Shown: in pieces, positions 6,798-14,765 of the stretch
Layout of the letters: every line of letters begins with the position of its first letter
Numbering within the stretch: the first letter of the stretch is position 1
Assembly: GCA_947566075.1 (NCBI GenBank)
Contig: CANOIM010000006.1
Coordinates: forward strand, 91,930 to 123,929
Origin: an uncultured Eggerthellaceae bacterium
GTDB taxonomy: Bacteria > Actinomycetota > Coriobacteriia > Coriobacteriales > Eggerthellaceae
DNA: 32,000 nucleotides
Direction of reading: 5' to 3'
Translations under genes and position numbers: made by a program
The notes under the pieces: model-generated
Database searches by the model: none
The model's input: only the letters and a program-made list of their open reading frames with translations
Told to the model about the DNA's origin: nothing

Positions 6798-8615
6798 CTA
6801 GCCCCACTCATCAAGCTTCCGCGCAAGCTGGATGGCGAAAGCGGGAGACGGTTTACCCCCGCGCCCGATGCGGGGATCCAGCCAGAAGGAGGCAGACGCC
6901 CCGGAGCCAACCTGAGGATCATAGGGAGCAGCCCCCTGATAGCCCAGTTCCAGAAGATAGGGAGCCATGGCTTCCGTGGGAGGCTGGCCTTCCTCTTCCA
7001 GCCTATCCAACCAAGCCAGAGCCGATGCCTCCACGTGCGCCCCCCGCGGGGTGCGCCTCCGCAGATAATTGCCGATGATCAAGCATGTCAGCCCTGCAAC
7101 CAGAAGCGATGCCCCACGGATGAACGAGCCGCCCAGCACGCCGAAGAAGAAGGCGGCAACGCAGAGGATGCCCCCCGCGATCATGACGCCCTTCTGGATG
7201 CGGGCGCTCTGCTCATCGAAGAAGCCTGCTTCCTGCACCGTTTCGTCCAATACCTTTGACCAGTCATGCATCTCTTGGCGGTATCGCTGTACATCGGCCT
7301 GGGCAGCTTGCCGGATGTCAGCCAGGGTGACGCTCATGTACCCTTCGCCCCATCGGTCGAACAGGAGCCGAAAGAGCTCTTGGTCAGCCCGGGACCGGAT
7401 CAAGTCCTTCGCCTTCGCGCCTCCCTTGATGCGCACCTCTTCATAGCCGCGCCCCAAGGGGCCCGAAGGTGCCCCTTCGCCACGTTCGACATCTATCAAA
7501 AGGGCACCCCGAGAAACCAGCTGCATGAGACAAGCAACAAGATCCACCGTGGATCCATGTCCTCCTCTCAGCAACCTGCCCACGACGGGGGCCTCATAGG
7601 CTTCGAAGAGCTCATCTGAGGTGGAGCTGTGGCTCTGATCAGGCTTCGGTTCACGACCGAAGAGGAGATAGAGCACCCCGGCGGCCACGATGGCGGCGAT
7701 CCCTATCCCCACGAAGACCAGGTCTACGCTGAAGGAATTGGTCAGCCACGCAGACCAGGTATCGGTCCACGCCTCCTCTTCCGCCTTCGCATCATCCAAA
7801 CGCGTGCCACTGTAGGCTTGGCGCGCCTTGAGCGGCAGATTGGTGACCCAAGAGACAGGGAAGAGCACATGGGCCTGGGCATATTGCCCCGGCCGCACTT
7901 CGGGCACCCGATACGCCACGGTGCCGTCTGCCTTCACATCCACTGAGCCTGATGCCCCATGGCCCCAGGCATGCACGTTCTGGCCTGCCACGGCCTCCAT
8001 GCCCTCAGGCAGGGGAAGACGCACGGTCACGTTCACGCCCGTCACGCGGGCGGCATCATCAGCGGGAACGTAATCCCAGTAGAGCTCTGCCACATCATCG
8101 AAGGCGCGGATATCATTGGTGATGGTGAAGTCATAGTCGAACACGATGCGACCAGACATTGGTGCGAAGAAGAGGTACAGCCCCCCGTCACGGGCATCTA
8201 TGGCGAACGAATCCGACTTCGGCAGGCCAGAGAACGGAACCGGCCCGTTGCCGTTGTCCGCCTTCGCTTCCAAAGCGGAGACCTTGGCGCTGACCCCCGC
8301 GGTGCTCTCATAGGCTTCGCGCATATCCGGCGAGAAGGCGCATTCGGACAGAGCGGTCCAATCCCCATCTATGCCCCCTTGCACGGTGGCATGGGCATAG
8401 CGAATGGATGATACCGTGACTCGAGAATCCGCTTGCATGGCGCTCAGAGGCAGCAAGACCATGGAGTGCTCCTCTTCGAAGAGGAAGGTGCGCTGCTCTA
8501 CCACGCGCAAAGCACCATCGGTCTCAACCTGAGCCGTGGCCTTGAGAGCGTCAACTTCAAGGGTGGCGAAAGCCGAAGCAGGGAACAAAAGGCAGAGCGC
8601 CACAGAGATGAGCAA
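6798..8615 (-). CDS. DUF2207-like membrane protein (signal peptide, extracellular beta-rich domain, TM segments, cytoplasmic region)
   Basis: 605 aa. N-terminal signal-like MLISVALCLLFPASAFA (TTG start). The architecture and segments such as YWDYVP and TLADI resemble the DUF2207 family, from memory; not verified. Confidence 0.6.
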   Translation of the reverse strand: MLISVALCLLFPASAFATLEVDALKATAQVETDGALRVVEQRTFLFEEEHSMVLLPLSAMQADSRVTVSSIRYAHATVQGGIDGDWTALSECAFSPDMREAYESTAGVSAKVSALEAKADNGNGPVPFSGLPKSDSFAIDARDGGLYLFFAPMSGRIVFDYDFTITNDIRAFDDVAELYWDYVPADDAARVTGVNVTVRLPLPEGMEAVAGQNVHAWGHGASGSVDVKADGTVAYRVPEVRPGQYAQAHVLFPVSWVTNLPLKARQAYSGTRLDDAKAEEEAWTDTWSAWLTNSFSVDLVFVGIGIAAIVAAGVLYLLFGREPKPDQSHSSTSDELFEAYEAPVVGRLLRGGHGSTVDLVACLMQLVSRGALLIDVERGEGAPSGPLGRGYEEVRIKGGAKAKDLIRSRADQELFRLLFDRWGEGYMSVTLADIRQAAQADVQRYRQEMHDWSKVLDETVQEAGFFDEQSARIQKGVMIAGGILCVAAFFFGVLGGSFIRGASLLVAGLTCLIIGNYLRRRTPRGAHVEASALAWLDRLEEEGQPPTEAMAPYLLELGYQGAAPYDPQVGSGASASFWLDPRIGRGGKPSPAFAIQLARKLDEWG

Positions 8616-8710
8616 TGCAGCCCCGGCGCGCAGGCATCCTCCCCTTGGCTTGTTCCATGCTTCCAGCAGCGTTATCTCCCTGTTCCGCCATGCTTTCCAA
8701 GCATCAGATT

Positions 8711-8743
8711 ATATTGCAGGACACCTGCATATACCCTGCATAT
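8711..8743. promoter_or_regulatory. Three copies of a 9-mer (CCTGCATAT): one inverted, two direct 11 bp apart
   Basis: ATATTGCAGG (8711-8720, inverted with 1 extra base), CCTGCATAT (8724-8732) and CCTGCATAT (8735-8743). They lie between the minus-strand TATAAT (8708-8713) upstream of the DUF2207-like gene and the tRNA-Ser -35. Confidence 0.3.
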
Positions 8744-8756
8744 TCTACGATCGCGT

Positions 8757-8786
8757 TTGACACCGTTGTCATGGCTCAGGTATGAT
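8757..8786 (+). promoter_or_regulatory. Predicted promoter for tRNA-Ser(GCU) (TTGACA-18-TATGAT)
   Basis: TTGACA 8757-8762, an 18-nt spacer, TATGAT 8781-8786. The tRNA starts 20 nt downstream. Confidence 0.5.
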
Positions 8787-8806
8787 TGGCAACTGCTCAA
8801 TGGCGC

Positions 8807-8897
8807 GGAGGAGTGACCGAGAGGCCGAAGGTGCTCGCCTGCTAAGTGAGTATGCCCCAAAAGGGCATCTAGGGTTCGAATCCCTACTCCTCCGCCA
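8807..8897 (+). tRNA. tRNA-Ser (GCU)
   Basis: 91 nt. Acceptor GGAGGAG/CTCCTCC, anticodon loop CTGCTAA, long variable arm (TATGCCCCAAAAGGGCATC), T-loop GGTTCGAATCC, encoded CCA. Confidence 0.92.
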
Positions 8898-8964
8898 CAA
8901 AAACAAGAAAAGCCCTGTGGGGCTTTTTGTTTTTGTGTACGACGGAGCGGGTGAGGCGAACGCT
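8882..8964 (+). repeat. Direct repeat copy 1 (83 bp): last 16 nt of tRNA-Ser(GCU), its terminator and 28 nt beyond
   Basis: Exact match to 9087-9169 (offset 205 bp), checked base by base. Similarity continues imperfectly for about 8 more nt. Confidence 0.9.
8908..8936. terminator. Bidirectional intrinsic terminator after tRNA-Ser(GCU)
   Basis: AAAAGCCC-tgtg-GGGCTTTT stem-loop, flanked by an A-run upstream and TTTTTGTTTTTG downstream. Confidence 0.75.
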
Positions 8965-9086
8965 ATGGGTTCGATTCGGGGTGTACGATCCTCACACCAC
9001 GAACCGCGAGGGTCAAGGTGCCACGAAGTGGCCGGAGCAAAGAATTGCCGAAGGCCATTGTTTGCGAAGACTTGACGCGAGCGACC

Positions 9087-9169
9087 CCCTACTCCTCCGC
9101 CACAAAAACAAGAAAAGCCCTGTGGGGCTTTTTGTTTTTGTGTACGACGGAGCGGGTGAGGCGAACGCT
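9087..9169 (+). repeat. Direct repeat copy 2 (83 bp): orphan tRNA-Ser 3' fragment plus a duplicated terminator
   Basis: Identical to 8882-8964. No upstream tRNA body could be folded. Ends 11 nt before the vapC stop codon. Confidence 0.9.
9113..9141. terminator. Duplicated bidirectional terminator (can serve vapC on the minus strand)
   Basis: Same hairpin as 8908-8936. On the minus strand it is followed by a U-run and lies about 40 nt downstream of the vapC stop. Confidence 0.6.
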
Positions 9170-9179
9170 GCGGGTTCAC

Positions 9180-9590
9180 TCAGAATTCGTCGTCTATCTC
9201 GATGCAATTCACGCGGGCTTCCCGACACACCTGCTGCAGAGAACGGTCCAAGGTGAAGAGCGTGGCCGCCTTCCTTCGCGCTAGCACCAGATAGAACATA
9301 TCGTAGGACGAATGCTGATACTGCACGGATGCGTCCAAAGCTTCCTGCCACAGGTCCAAACCATCATAGAATTCGTCTACGAACGACAAGCAAGCCTGCC
9401 CGAAGGTGATGGCTTCTTCCTGAGCGAGGAATCCCCCATTCACTCGCTTCTCGATCACGTGGACCACTTCTTCGCAATAGACCGAGGGCGCAAGGATGCG
9501 CTCGTTGGTTTGGATCAGAGACTTGAGTGCTTCTCCCTCTTCTGTGTGGGCCATCATGGCGATGACCGCGTTGCAATCCAAGACGATCAT
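9180..9590 (-). CDS. vapC: PIN-domain toxin VapC
   Basis: 136 aa. The acidic quartet is placed as in PIN domains (D5, E40/E41, D97, D115). ATGA start/stop overlap with the upstream antitoxin. Confidence 0.85.
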   Translation of the reverse strand: MIVLDCNAVIAMMAHTEEGEALKSLIQTNERILAPSVYCEEVVHVIEKRVNGGFLAQEEAITFGQACLSFVDEFYDGLDLWQEALDASVQYQHSSYDMFYLVLARRKAATLFTLDRSLQQVCREARVNCIEIDDEF

Positions 9591-9958
9591 GAAGCTACCT
9601 CTTCTCTCTTCGGCGATCCGATAGACGCTAGGATCCTGTTGGTCCGCTCTTCCCTGCCTTCGTGGATCGTCTTGATGATGTCGTCAGAGGTGGGCACAGG
9701 TCCTCTCCAGGGAAGCTCTTCCATCTTCTTGAACACCTCTTGCCTACGCCGGAGCCGCTCCTCCTTCTCAGCCTGCGTTTCGAATTGGATGATGGGCGCT
9801 GTGAAGACGCTCTTACGTCCCGGATCCTTCCGATTCTGGAGCATTTCCTCTATAGCGACGATGGTCTGCTGGGCGATGCTGCGATGTTCGCTTTCAGCGC
9901 AGGCTTTGAGATCCTCATAGAGGTCTTCTGGAAGATCCCGGACTTGCAATGCAGGCAT
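9587..9958 (-). CDS. vapB: Ribbon-helix-helix (FitA/Arc-like) antitoxin VapB
   Basis: 123 aa starting MPALQVRDLPEDLYEDLKACAESEHRSIAQQTIVAIEEML, a typical RHH N-terminus. AGGAGG (9963-9968, minus) sits upstream of the ATG at 9958. The 255-aa track ORF (to 10354) is an over-extension. Confidence 0.75.
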   Translation of the reverse strand: MPALQVRDLPEDLYEDLKACAESEHRSIAQQTIVAIEEMLQNRKDPGRKSVFTAPIIQFETQAEKEERLRRRQEVFKKMEELPWRGPVPTSDDIIKTIHEGREERTNRILASIGSPKREEVAS

Positions 9959-9990
9959 GAGGCCTCCTTTCAAGCGTTGATCAGCCTTTA

Positions 9991-10016
9991 GATGCATTAT
10001 GCATGCATTATACATC
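9991..10016. promoter_or_regulatory. 26-bp near-palindrome containing a minus-strand TATAAT; candidate vapBC promoter/operator
   Basis: GATGCATTATGCATGCATTATACATC is self-complementary at 22/26 positions. The minus strand reads GATGTATAATGCATGCATAATGCATC, with TATAAT at 10007-10012. About 40 nt upstream of the vapB ATG. Confidence 0.4.
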
Positions 10017-10149
10017 AAAGGAAGAGAAAAGAGCGTCCTCCCCGAAGGGGAAAGAGGGCGGTATAATCCGAAAGCACTGCTGGATAAGGCAAGGTTGACC
10101 GTCTTGCAGGACGGTTTGGACAGGATCCAAGAGAGGGGTTGCAAAGAGG

Positions 10150-12528
10150 TTGAAGCCGTCTGTTTCGAAAGGATCCTTCGCTGACGGCGCAGAGGACTTC
10201 TTGTTGGAGCCCAATATCCCCCTCTTGAACCCCGAGCGAAGACCCGCAACCTCAAGCAGGCCCGCTCCTGACCACCACTCCGAGGATCACCCTCGGGGCA
10301 AGCACGCCACTCCTGAACCGGATGAACCGGAAGCAGGAGAGAGGCAGAGCGCATCCCACCCGATGCCTTCCCCGCCCGAAGAGACAGCAGTACGCCCCAA
10401 GCCGAAGAAGCAACCAGATAAGCGGGCGAAACCGAAGAAGGGCGTGCGCTACATCCCGGCTCTGGACGGCCTGCGCGCTCTTGCGGTGCTGGCCGTGATC
10501 GCCTACCACACGGGGCTTCCCGGGTGCGAAGGCGGCCTCATGGGCGTAACGGTATTCTTCGTGATATCGGGTTACATCGTCACCAAGATCCTCTTGGTGG
10601 AATTCGCGCGCACGGGCCGCATCAGCTTCAAAGACTTCTACATACGACGCATCAAGCGGCTGCTCCCCGCCATCCTCCTGGTGATCGTGGCCACAGGCGC
10701 CCTCTGCACCCTCTTCAACCACCCCCTGCTCACCAAGATGCGCCCTGAAATCCTGCCCTCCCTGTTCTTCGTCAACAACTGGTGGCAGATACTGAATGAC
10801 GCATCCTATTTCGAGAACATCGGGCTGCCCTCTCCGTTGACGCACTTCTGGTCCCTGGCCATAGAGGAGCAGTTCTATCTGGTATTGCCCGCCACGCTGT
10901 TCTGCGTGCTCAAGTTCGGCGGAAAGCTCAGGCACCGCAGGAACCTCTCGCTGTTCTTCCTGATCTTGGCGGCCCTCTCCGCCCTTGAGATGACCTTACT
11001 CTATGATCCCACCCAAGATCCCACCCGAGTGTACTACGGCACTGATACCCGGGCATTTTCCCTGCTCATGGGAGCCTTCGTCGCCGTGCTCACCACCGGC
11101 GCCAAAGACAAGCTGCCCCAGGCGTTCCGAGAAGCCTGCGCCATCGTCGGCGCTGTTGGCGTGATCATCTGCCTGGGAGTCATGGGGGGCGAAGATCCCT
11201 TCACCTACCAGGGCGGCATGGTGATCTGCTCTGCTCTGACCGCCATCCTCATCTACGGGACCCTCTGGAAGGACAGCGGCTTCATAGCGAAGGTGCTCTC
11301 GCTCAAACCCTTCATCTGGGTTGGCAAGCGGTCCTACGGCCTGTACCTCTGGCATTACCCGCTCGTCCTGCTCTTCACCCCCGCCAACGGCAGCTTCGGC
11401 CTTGATGGACTCCTCATGGTAGTGGCAATCCTCTGCACATTCATCTGCGCTGAGCTGTCCTACCGGTTCATCGAGAACCCCATCCGCTATGGCATCGCCA
11501 AGAGCAAAGAGGCCCAGGGCAAGCATGCCCCCACTGAAGGCAAACCCGTTCTGCCAGCACTGGCAGCAACGGCTCCCGCTGGCTCCGCCGAGGAGTTGCC
11601 CATCGTAGAGGGCCTTTTCGATCCAGCCACCGCACAGAAGGATTCAGCCTCTGAAGAAGCGGCTCAGGAGGGGGTCTGGGCGAAGGTCGCGAAGGTCATC
11701 CCCATCAAACCCGCTGCCGGAGCCATCACCGCCATCCTCGCCGTGGTCTGCATCGGCGGCATCATCCTGGTGCCGAATACCTCTGCCTTGAGCAGCGAAG
11801 GCGCTGCCATCATCATCCGCAACTCCATGGCGGGAGAGCCCCTGACAGGCGTAGTGAAGCTGGCCAGCGGAGATGAGGAAGTGCCTACCCTGACCCTGGA
11901 AGGCGAAGAGGAGCCAGAAGAGGAGAAGCCGGTCTACGATATCCTGATGATCGGCGATTCCGTCTCCCTGCGCGCTGTCCCCTATTTCGAAGAGCGCTTC
12001 CCCTTGGGCCATATCGATGCCCTGAAAAACAGGCGCATCGAACAAGGCATCGAAGTCTATGAGCAGTATGCCGCTGACGGGCAGGTGGGAGACACCGTCA
12101 TCTTCGCCCTGGGCACCAACGGCCGCCTCACCGAAGAGGAGCTGCACAAAGCTGTTGAAGCCGTAGGGCCAGATAAGCAGATCTACTTCGTGACCATCCG
12201 CAGCAGCGATGCTGACCTCACCCAAGAGAACAACCAAGCCCTTCAGGCCGTGCGCGATGCCTACGATAACGTCCATCTGATCGATTGGAATTCGCTCACG
12301 GAGATGCACGGGGACTACTTCGATGGCGACGGAACGCACCTGACCGCAGAGGCCGCGAAGATCTACGTGCAGTTCATCGCTGATGTGCTGCAATACCCCA
12401 GCGCTGAGGAGGTCCTCGCCCGTCAAGAGGCTGAACAAGACGGCAATGGACAAAAAGCTGAAGGCGAAGGCACCCAGAGCGAACAGGGCGCTCAGAGCAC
12501 TAGCAGCGACGCGCAGGCTGCCAGCTAG
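10150..12528 (+). CDS. Acyltransferase-3 (OafA/OatA-like O-acetyltransferase) fused to a C-terminal SGNH/GDSL-like domain
   Basis: 792 aa. IPALDGLRALAVLAVIAYH and about 10 TM segments are typical of acyltransferase family 3. The C-terminal ILMIGDSVS...GTNG...DGTHLT block is SGNH-like. The first about 95 aa are Pro/Glu/Lys-rich and the true start is uncertain. Confidence 0.8.
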   Translation: MKPSVSKGSFADGAEDFLLEPNIPLLNPERRPATSSRPAPDHHSEDHPRGKHATPEPDEPEAGERQSASHPMPSPPEETAVRPKPKKQPDKRAKPKKGVRYIPALDGLRALAVLAVIAYHTGLPGCEGGLMGVTVFFVISGYIVTKILLVEFARTGRISFKDFYIRRIKRLLPAILLVIVATGALCTLFNHPLLTKMRPEILPSLFFVNNWWQILNDASYFENIGLPSPLTHFWSLAIEEQFYLVLPATLFCVLKFGGKLRHRRNLSLFFLILAALSALEMTLLYDPTQDPTRVYYGTDTRAFSLLMGAFVAVLTTGAKDKLPQAFREACAIVGAVGVIICLGVMGGEDPFTYQGGMVICSALTAILIYGTLWKDSGFIAKVLSLKPFIWVGKRSYGLYLWHYPLVLLFTPANGSFGLDGLLMVVAILCTFICAELSYRFIENPIRYGIAKSKEAQGKHAPTEGKPVLPALAATAPAGSAEELPIVEGLFDPATAQKDSASEEAAQEGVWAKVAKVIPIKPAAGAITAILAVVCIGGIILVPNTSALSSEGAAIIIRNSMAGEPLTGVVKLASGDEEVPTLTLEGEEEPEEEKPVYDILMIGDSVSLRAVPYFEERFPLGHIDALKNRRIEQGIEVYEQYAADGQVGDTVIFALGTNGRLTEEELHKAVEAVGPDKQIYFVTIRSSDADLTQENNQALQAVRDAYDNVHLIDWNSLTEMHGDYFDGDGTHLTAEAAKIYVQFIADVLQYPSAEEVLARQEAEQDGNGQKAEGEGTQSEQGAQSTSSDAQAAS

Positions 12529-12541
12529 CCGCTAGCCCGTG

Positions 12542-12964
12542 CTACTTCTTGGGGCGGAACCTGCCCACGATGTCATAGATCCACCAGAATGCATCTGAGC
12601 GCTTGACCGGAGAGCCTCCATCAGGTGTTGCCTTCGCCGTAGGCGCGAACCGGTAATGAGGATGGTTCTTCTTGAAGCGCCACCGGCAGAGAAGCGTGAT
12701 GGCAAGCCCCAAGACCCCCACCCCAGCAAAGCTGACCGCCAGTTCCAACACAGGCTGGTTCCCATCAATGGCAGCATAGATGCTTGCCAAGACGAAGAAG
12801 ATGGCCAATGCAGAGCATAGGATGGTGAATACCCGGATCAGCACTTCCTTCGCCCGAGTGGGGGATGAGCGCCAAGAAACGACGAAGTAGATGATGAGGG
12901 CGAGCAGCACCAAGGCGATCAACAGCGGTACGCTACGCGAGAGCCTTGCCACCAGATTGATCAC
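12542..12964 (-). CDS. Hypothetical small membrane protein (3-4 TM)
   Basis: In-frame GTG at 12964 preceded by AAGGAG (5-nt spacer). 140 aa with hydrophobic segments. The longer track ORF (to 13276) would overlap ispE by about 260 nt. Confidence 0.45.
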   Translation of the reverse strand: MINLVARLSRSVPLLIALVLLALIIYFVVSWRSSPTRAKEVLIRVFTILCSALAIFFVLASIYAAIDGNQPVLELAVSFAGVGVLGLAITLLCRWRFKKNHPHYRFAPTAKATPDGGSPVKRSDAFWWIYDIVGRFRPKK

Positions 12965-13014
12965 ATGTGCTCCTTCATCCCTTACCTGATCCGATACCCC
13001 AACGCTGGATGCGC

Positions 13015-14094
13015 TCAGACCACCTGAGCCCGCAGCTTCGAGAACGAAGTCGTTCGCGCCCAAAGCCCTTCCCGCTGAGCGGCCGCCGCCACCTGAGACG
13101 CTTCCGCAAATGACCCTACCTCTGCGAAGAAGGCAGAGCCGCTCCCACTCATGAGCACCCGATCCGCCTGGATGCCTCTTTGGGATGCAAGCCATTCTCT
13201 CACGTTCGCCAGATCTGGGCAGACCTGCTCCGCAGCCTTTGTCAGGTTGTTGACAAGCGGCACATCTCCGGCGCACTGCGCCGCCCTTGTTCGGGCGAGC
13301 AAGCTCTCCGTTGGAAGCTGCGGATCTTGATCGAAAGCCCTATAGGCGGCGGCTGTGGCAACACCGAAGGAGGGCTTCACCACTACGAGAGGGGTGTTCG
13401 CAGGAGCCAAGCTTCGCACGAAGCGCTCCCCTATCCCCTCGAAGAGCGCACAGCCACCCTTGAGGAAAAAGGGAACATCAGCCCCGAGGCCCCTGGCCAC
13501 CTCTTGGAGGAGCTCCTCATCATGTATCTCCCAGAGCTTCGCCAAGCACGCCAACACCGCAGCCGCATCGGAGGAACCACCTCCCAGCCCTGCCTGGGCT
13601 GGTACATGCTTCTCCAGATGGATGCGCACCTGCTGAGACCCTGTGCGGCCGAGCGCCCGAGCCAGCTGGTCCGCCGCCTTGAAGCAGAGATTATCCTCAG
13701 CCCGCAGCTCCAAGGGGTCACCGGATGCGAAGAGGCTGTTCGTCTTGTCGACCAGGTCAACGGACACGAGCATCCGGTCATCGGGTCCGCCAAAAGCCAG
13801 CTTTGGGGAGCCCGCCTTGATGGCCGCAGCCCCGTCATCTGCCTCAGAGCCGCTCAGGGGCAGAGCATTCACGTAGACCGTGTCATGGATGGATAAGGCA
13901 TGCATCACCGTTACCACCTGGTGCAGCCCGTCCCTCCGGTGCTCTCCTACCCCTAGGAACAGATTCACCTTCGCAGGCGCCACCGCCCGCACGACCCCAG
14001 GACCTAAGAAATCCGCTGCCCGGAACTGGGCATTGGCCGCCTCCGCCAAGATATCCGTCTCAACTGACCGATTCAGCTGGTCATTCCTGCTCAT
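13015..14094 (-). CDS. ispE: 4-diphosphocytidyl-2-C-methyl-D-erythritol kinase
   Basis: APAKVNLFLGVGEHRRDGLHQVVTVMHAL and GLGGGSSDAAA (GHMP kinase motif). The ATG at 14094 forms an ATGA overlap with the tadA stop, so it is preferred over the track start at 14136. Confidence 0.85.
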   Translation of the reverse strand: MSRNDQLNRSVETDILAEAANAQFRAADFLGPGVVRAVAPAKVNLFLGVGEHRRDGLHQVVTVMHALSIHDTVYVNALPLSGSEADDGAAAIKAGSPKLAFGGPDDRMLVSVDLVDKTNSLFASGDPLELRAEDNLCFKAADQLARALGRTGSQQVRIHLEKHVPAQAGLGGGSSDAAAVLACLAKLWEIHDEELLQEVARGLGADVPFFLKGGCALFEGIGERFVRSLAPANTPLVVVKPSFGVATAAAYRAFDQDPQLPTESLLARTRAAQCAGDVPLVNNLTKAAEQVCPDLANVREWLASQRGIQADRVLMSGSGSAFFAEVGSFAEASQVAAAAQREGLWARTTSFSKLRAQVV

Positions 14095-14597
14095 CTTCGC
14101 CTCTTCCTGAAGAAATCCCTCAACAGCTGGGCGCACTCTTGTTCCATCACACCGCTACGCACCTCGAAGCTATGGTTCAGGCGGTCATCGCAATGCACCT
14201 GATACAGGCTACCTAAAGCCCCCGCCTTCGGATCAGGTGCCCCATAGACGCACCGGGCTATGCGCGCCTGATGCATGAGCCCCGCGCACATGAGGCAGGG
14301 CTCCAAGGTGACATAGACCGTGCAATCCACGAGCCGCCAAGCGTCCAGCTCCCGGGCGGCAGCCAGCATGGCTGCGAATTCCGCATGGGCGGACGGGTCA
14401 CGCTTGGCTTCCCGCTCATTGTGGGCCCGAGCGAGGATGCGCGGTTCTGTGGTCAGCTGCCGCGTGGCTCGGTCAAAGCCCTGGTGCACCACCACCGCAC
14501 CTATGGGCACCTCCCCTGCAGCCCCTGCAGCCCGCGCCTCTTCCATGGCCATAGCCATGAACTGCTCGTCATCCGGTGGAAAGAAGGTATCTGTCAT
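14091..14597 (-). CDS. tadA: tRNA-specific adenosine(34) deaminase
   Basis: 168 aa. CDA-fold zinc motifs HAEF..(H-A-E) and TLEPCLMCAG (PCxxC). Confidence 0.9.
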   Translation of the reverse strand: MTDTFFPPDDEQFMAMAMEEARAAGAAGEVPIGAVVVHQGFDRATRQLTTEPRILARAHNEREAKRDPSAHAEFAAMLAAARELDAWRLVDCTVYVTLEPCLMCAGLMHQARIARCVYGAPDPKAGALGSLYQVHCDDRLNHSFEVRSGVMEQECAQLLRDFFRKRRR

Positions 14598-14641
14598 GAC
14601 ACGACCGAGAAATATGCTATGCTGACGGACAGCTGAACTGC

Positions 14642-14729
14642 GGAGGAATGGCCGAGTGGTTGAAGGCGGCAGTCTTGAAAACTGTTGTGCCGAGAGGTAC
14701 CGTGGGTTCGAATCCTACTTCCTCCGCCA
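14642..14729 (+). tRNA. tRNA-Ser (UGA)
   Basis: 88 nt. Acceptor GGAGGAA/TTCCTCC, anticodon loop CTTGAAA, long variable arm, GGTTCGAATCC T-loop, encoded CCA. Confidence 0.92.
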
Positions 14730-14765
14730 GCTTATCATCATTCCCGGGCTGCACATCCCTCTCCG

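Noticed and set aside
8965-9086. The spacer between the two tRNA-Ser repeat copies as a tRNA pseudogene or small ORF. Track ORFs 8769-9179, 8782-9075, 8927-9256 and 9013-9351 cross it.
   Set aside because: No cloverleaf can be drawn: there is no 5' acceptor strand complementary to CTCCTCC and no T-arm. The ORFs read through tRNA and terminator sequence, partly owe their length to the duplication, and have no SD.
9587-10354. 255-aa minus-strand ORF extending the antitoxin upstream to 10354
   Set aside because: The N-terminal 132 residues are Arg/Ser/Pro-rich junk that overlaps the acyltransferase start region. The internal ATG at 9958 has a perfect AGGAGG and begins a canonical RHH domain.
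12542-13276. 244-aa version of the small membrane protein ORF
   Set aside because: Its N-terminal about 100 aa overlap the 3' end of ispE in another frame and are Gly/Arg-rich. The shorter GTG start at 12964, which has an SD, is preferred.
8807-14729. The interval bounded by the two tRNA-Ser genes as a genomic island
   Set aside because: No integrase or recombinase is present. The two tRNAs are different isoacceptors and share no flanking repeats. The interval contains core genes (ispE, tadA), and its composition looks like the rest of the window.
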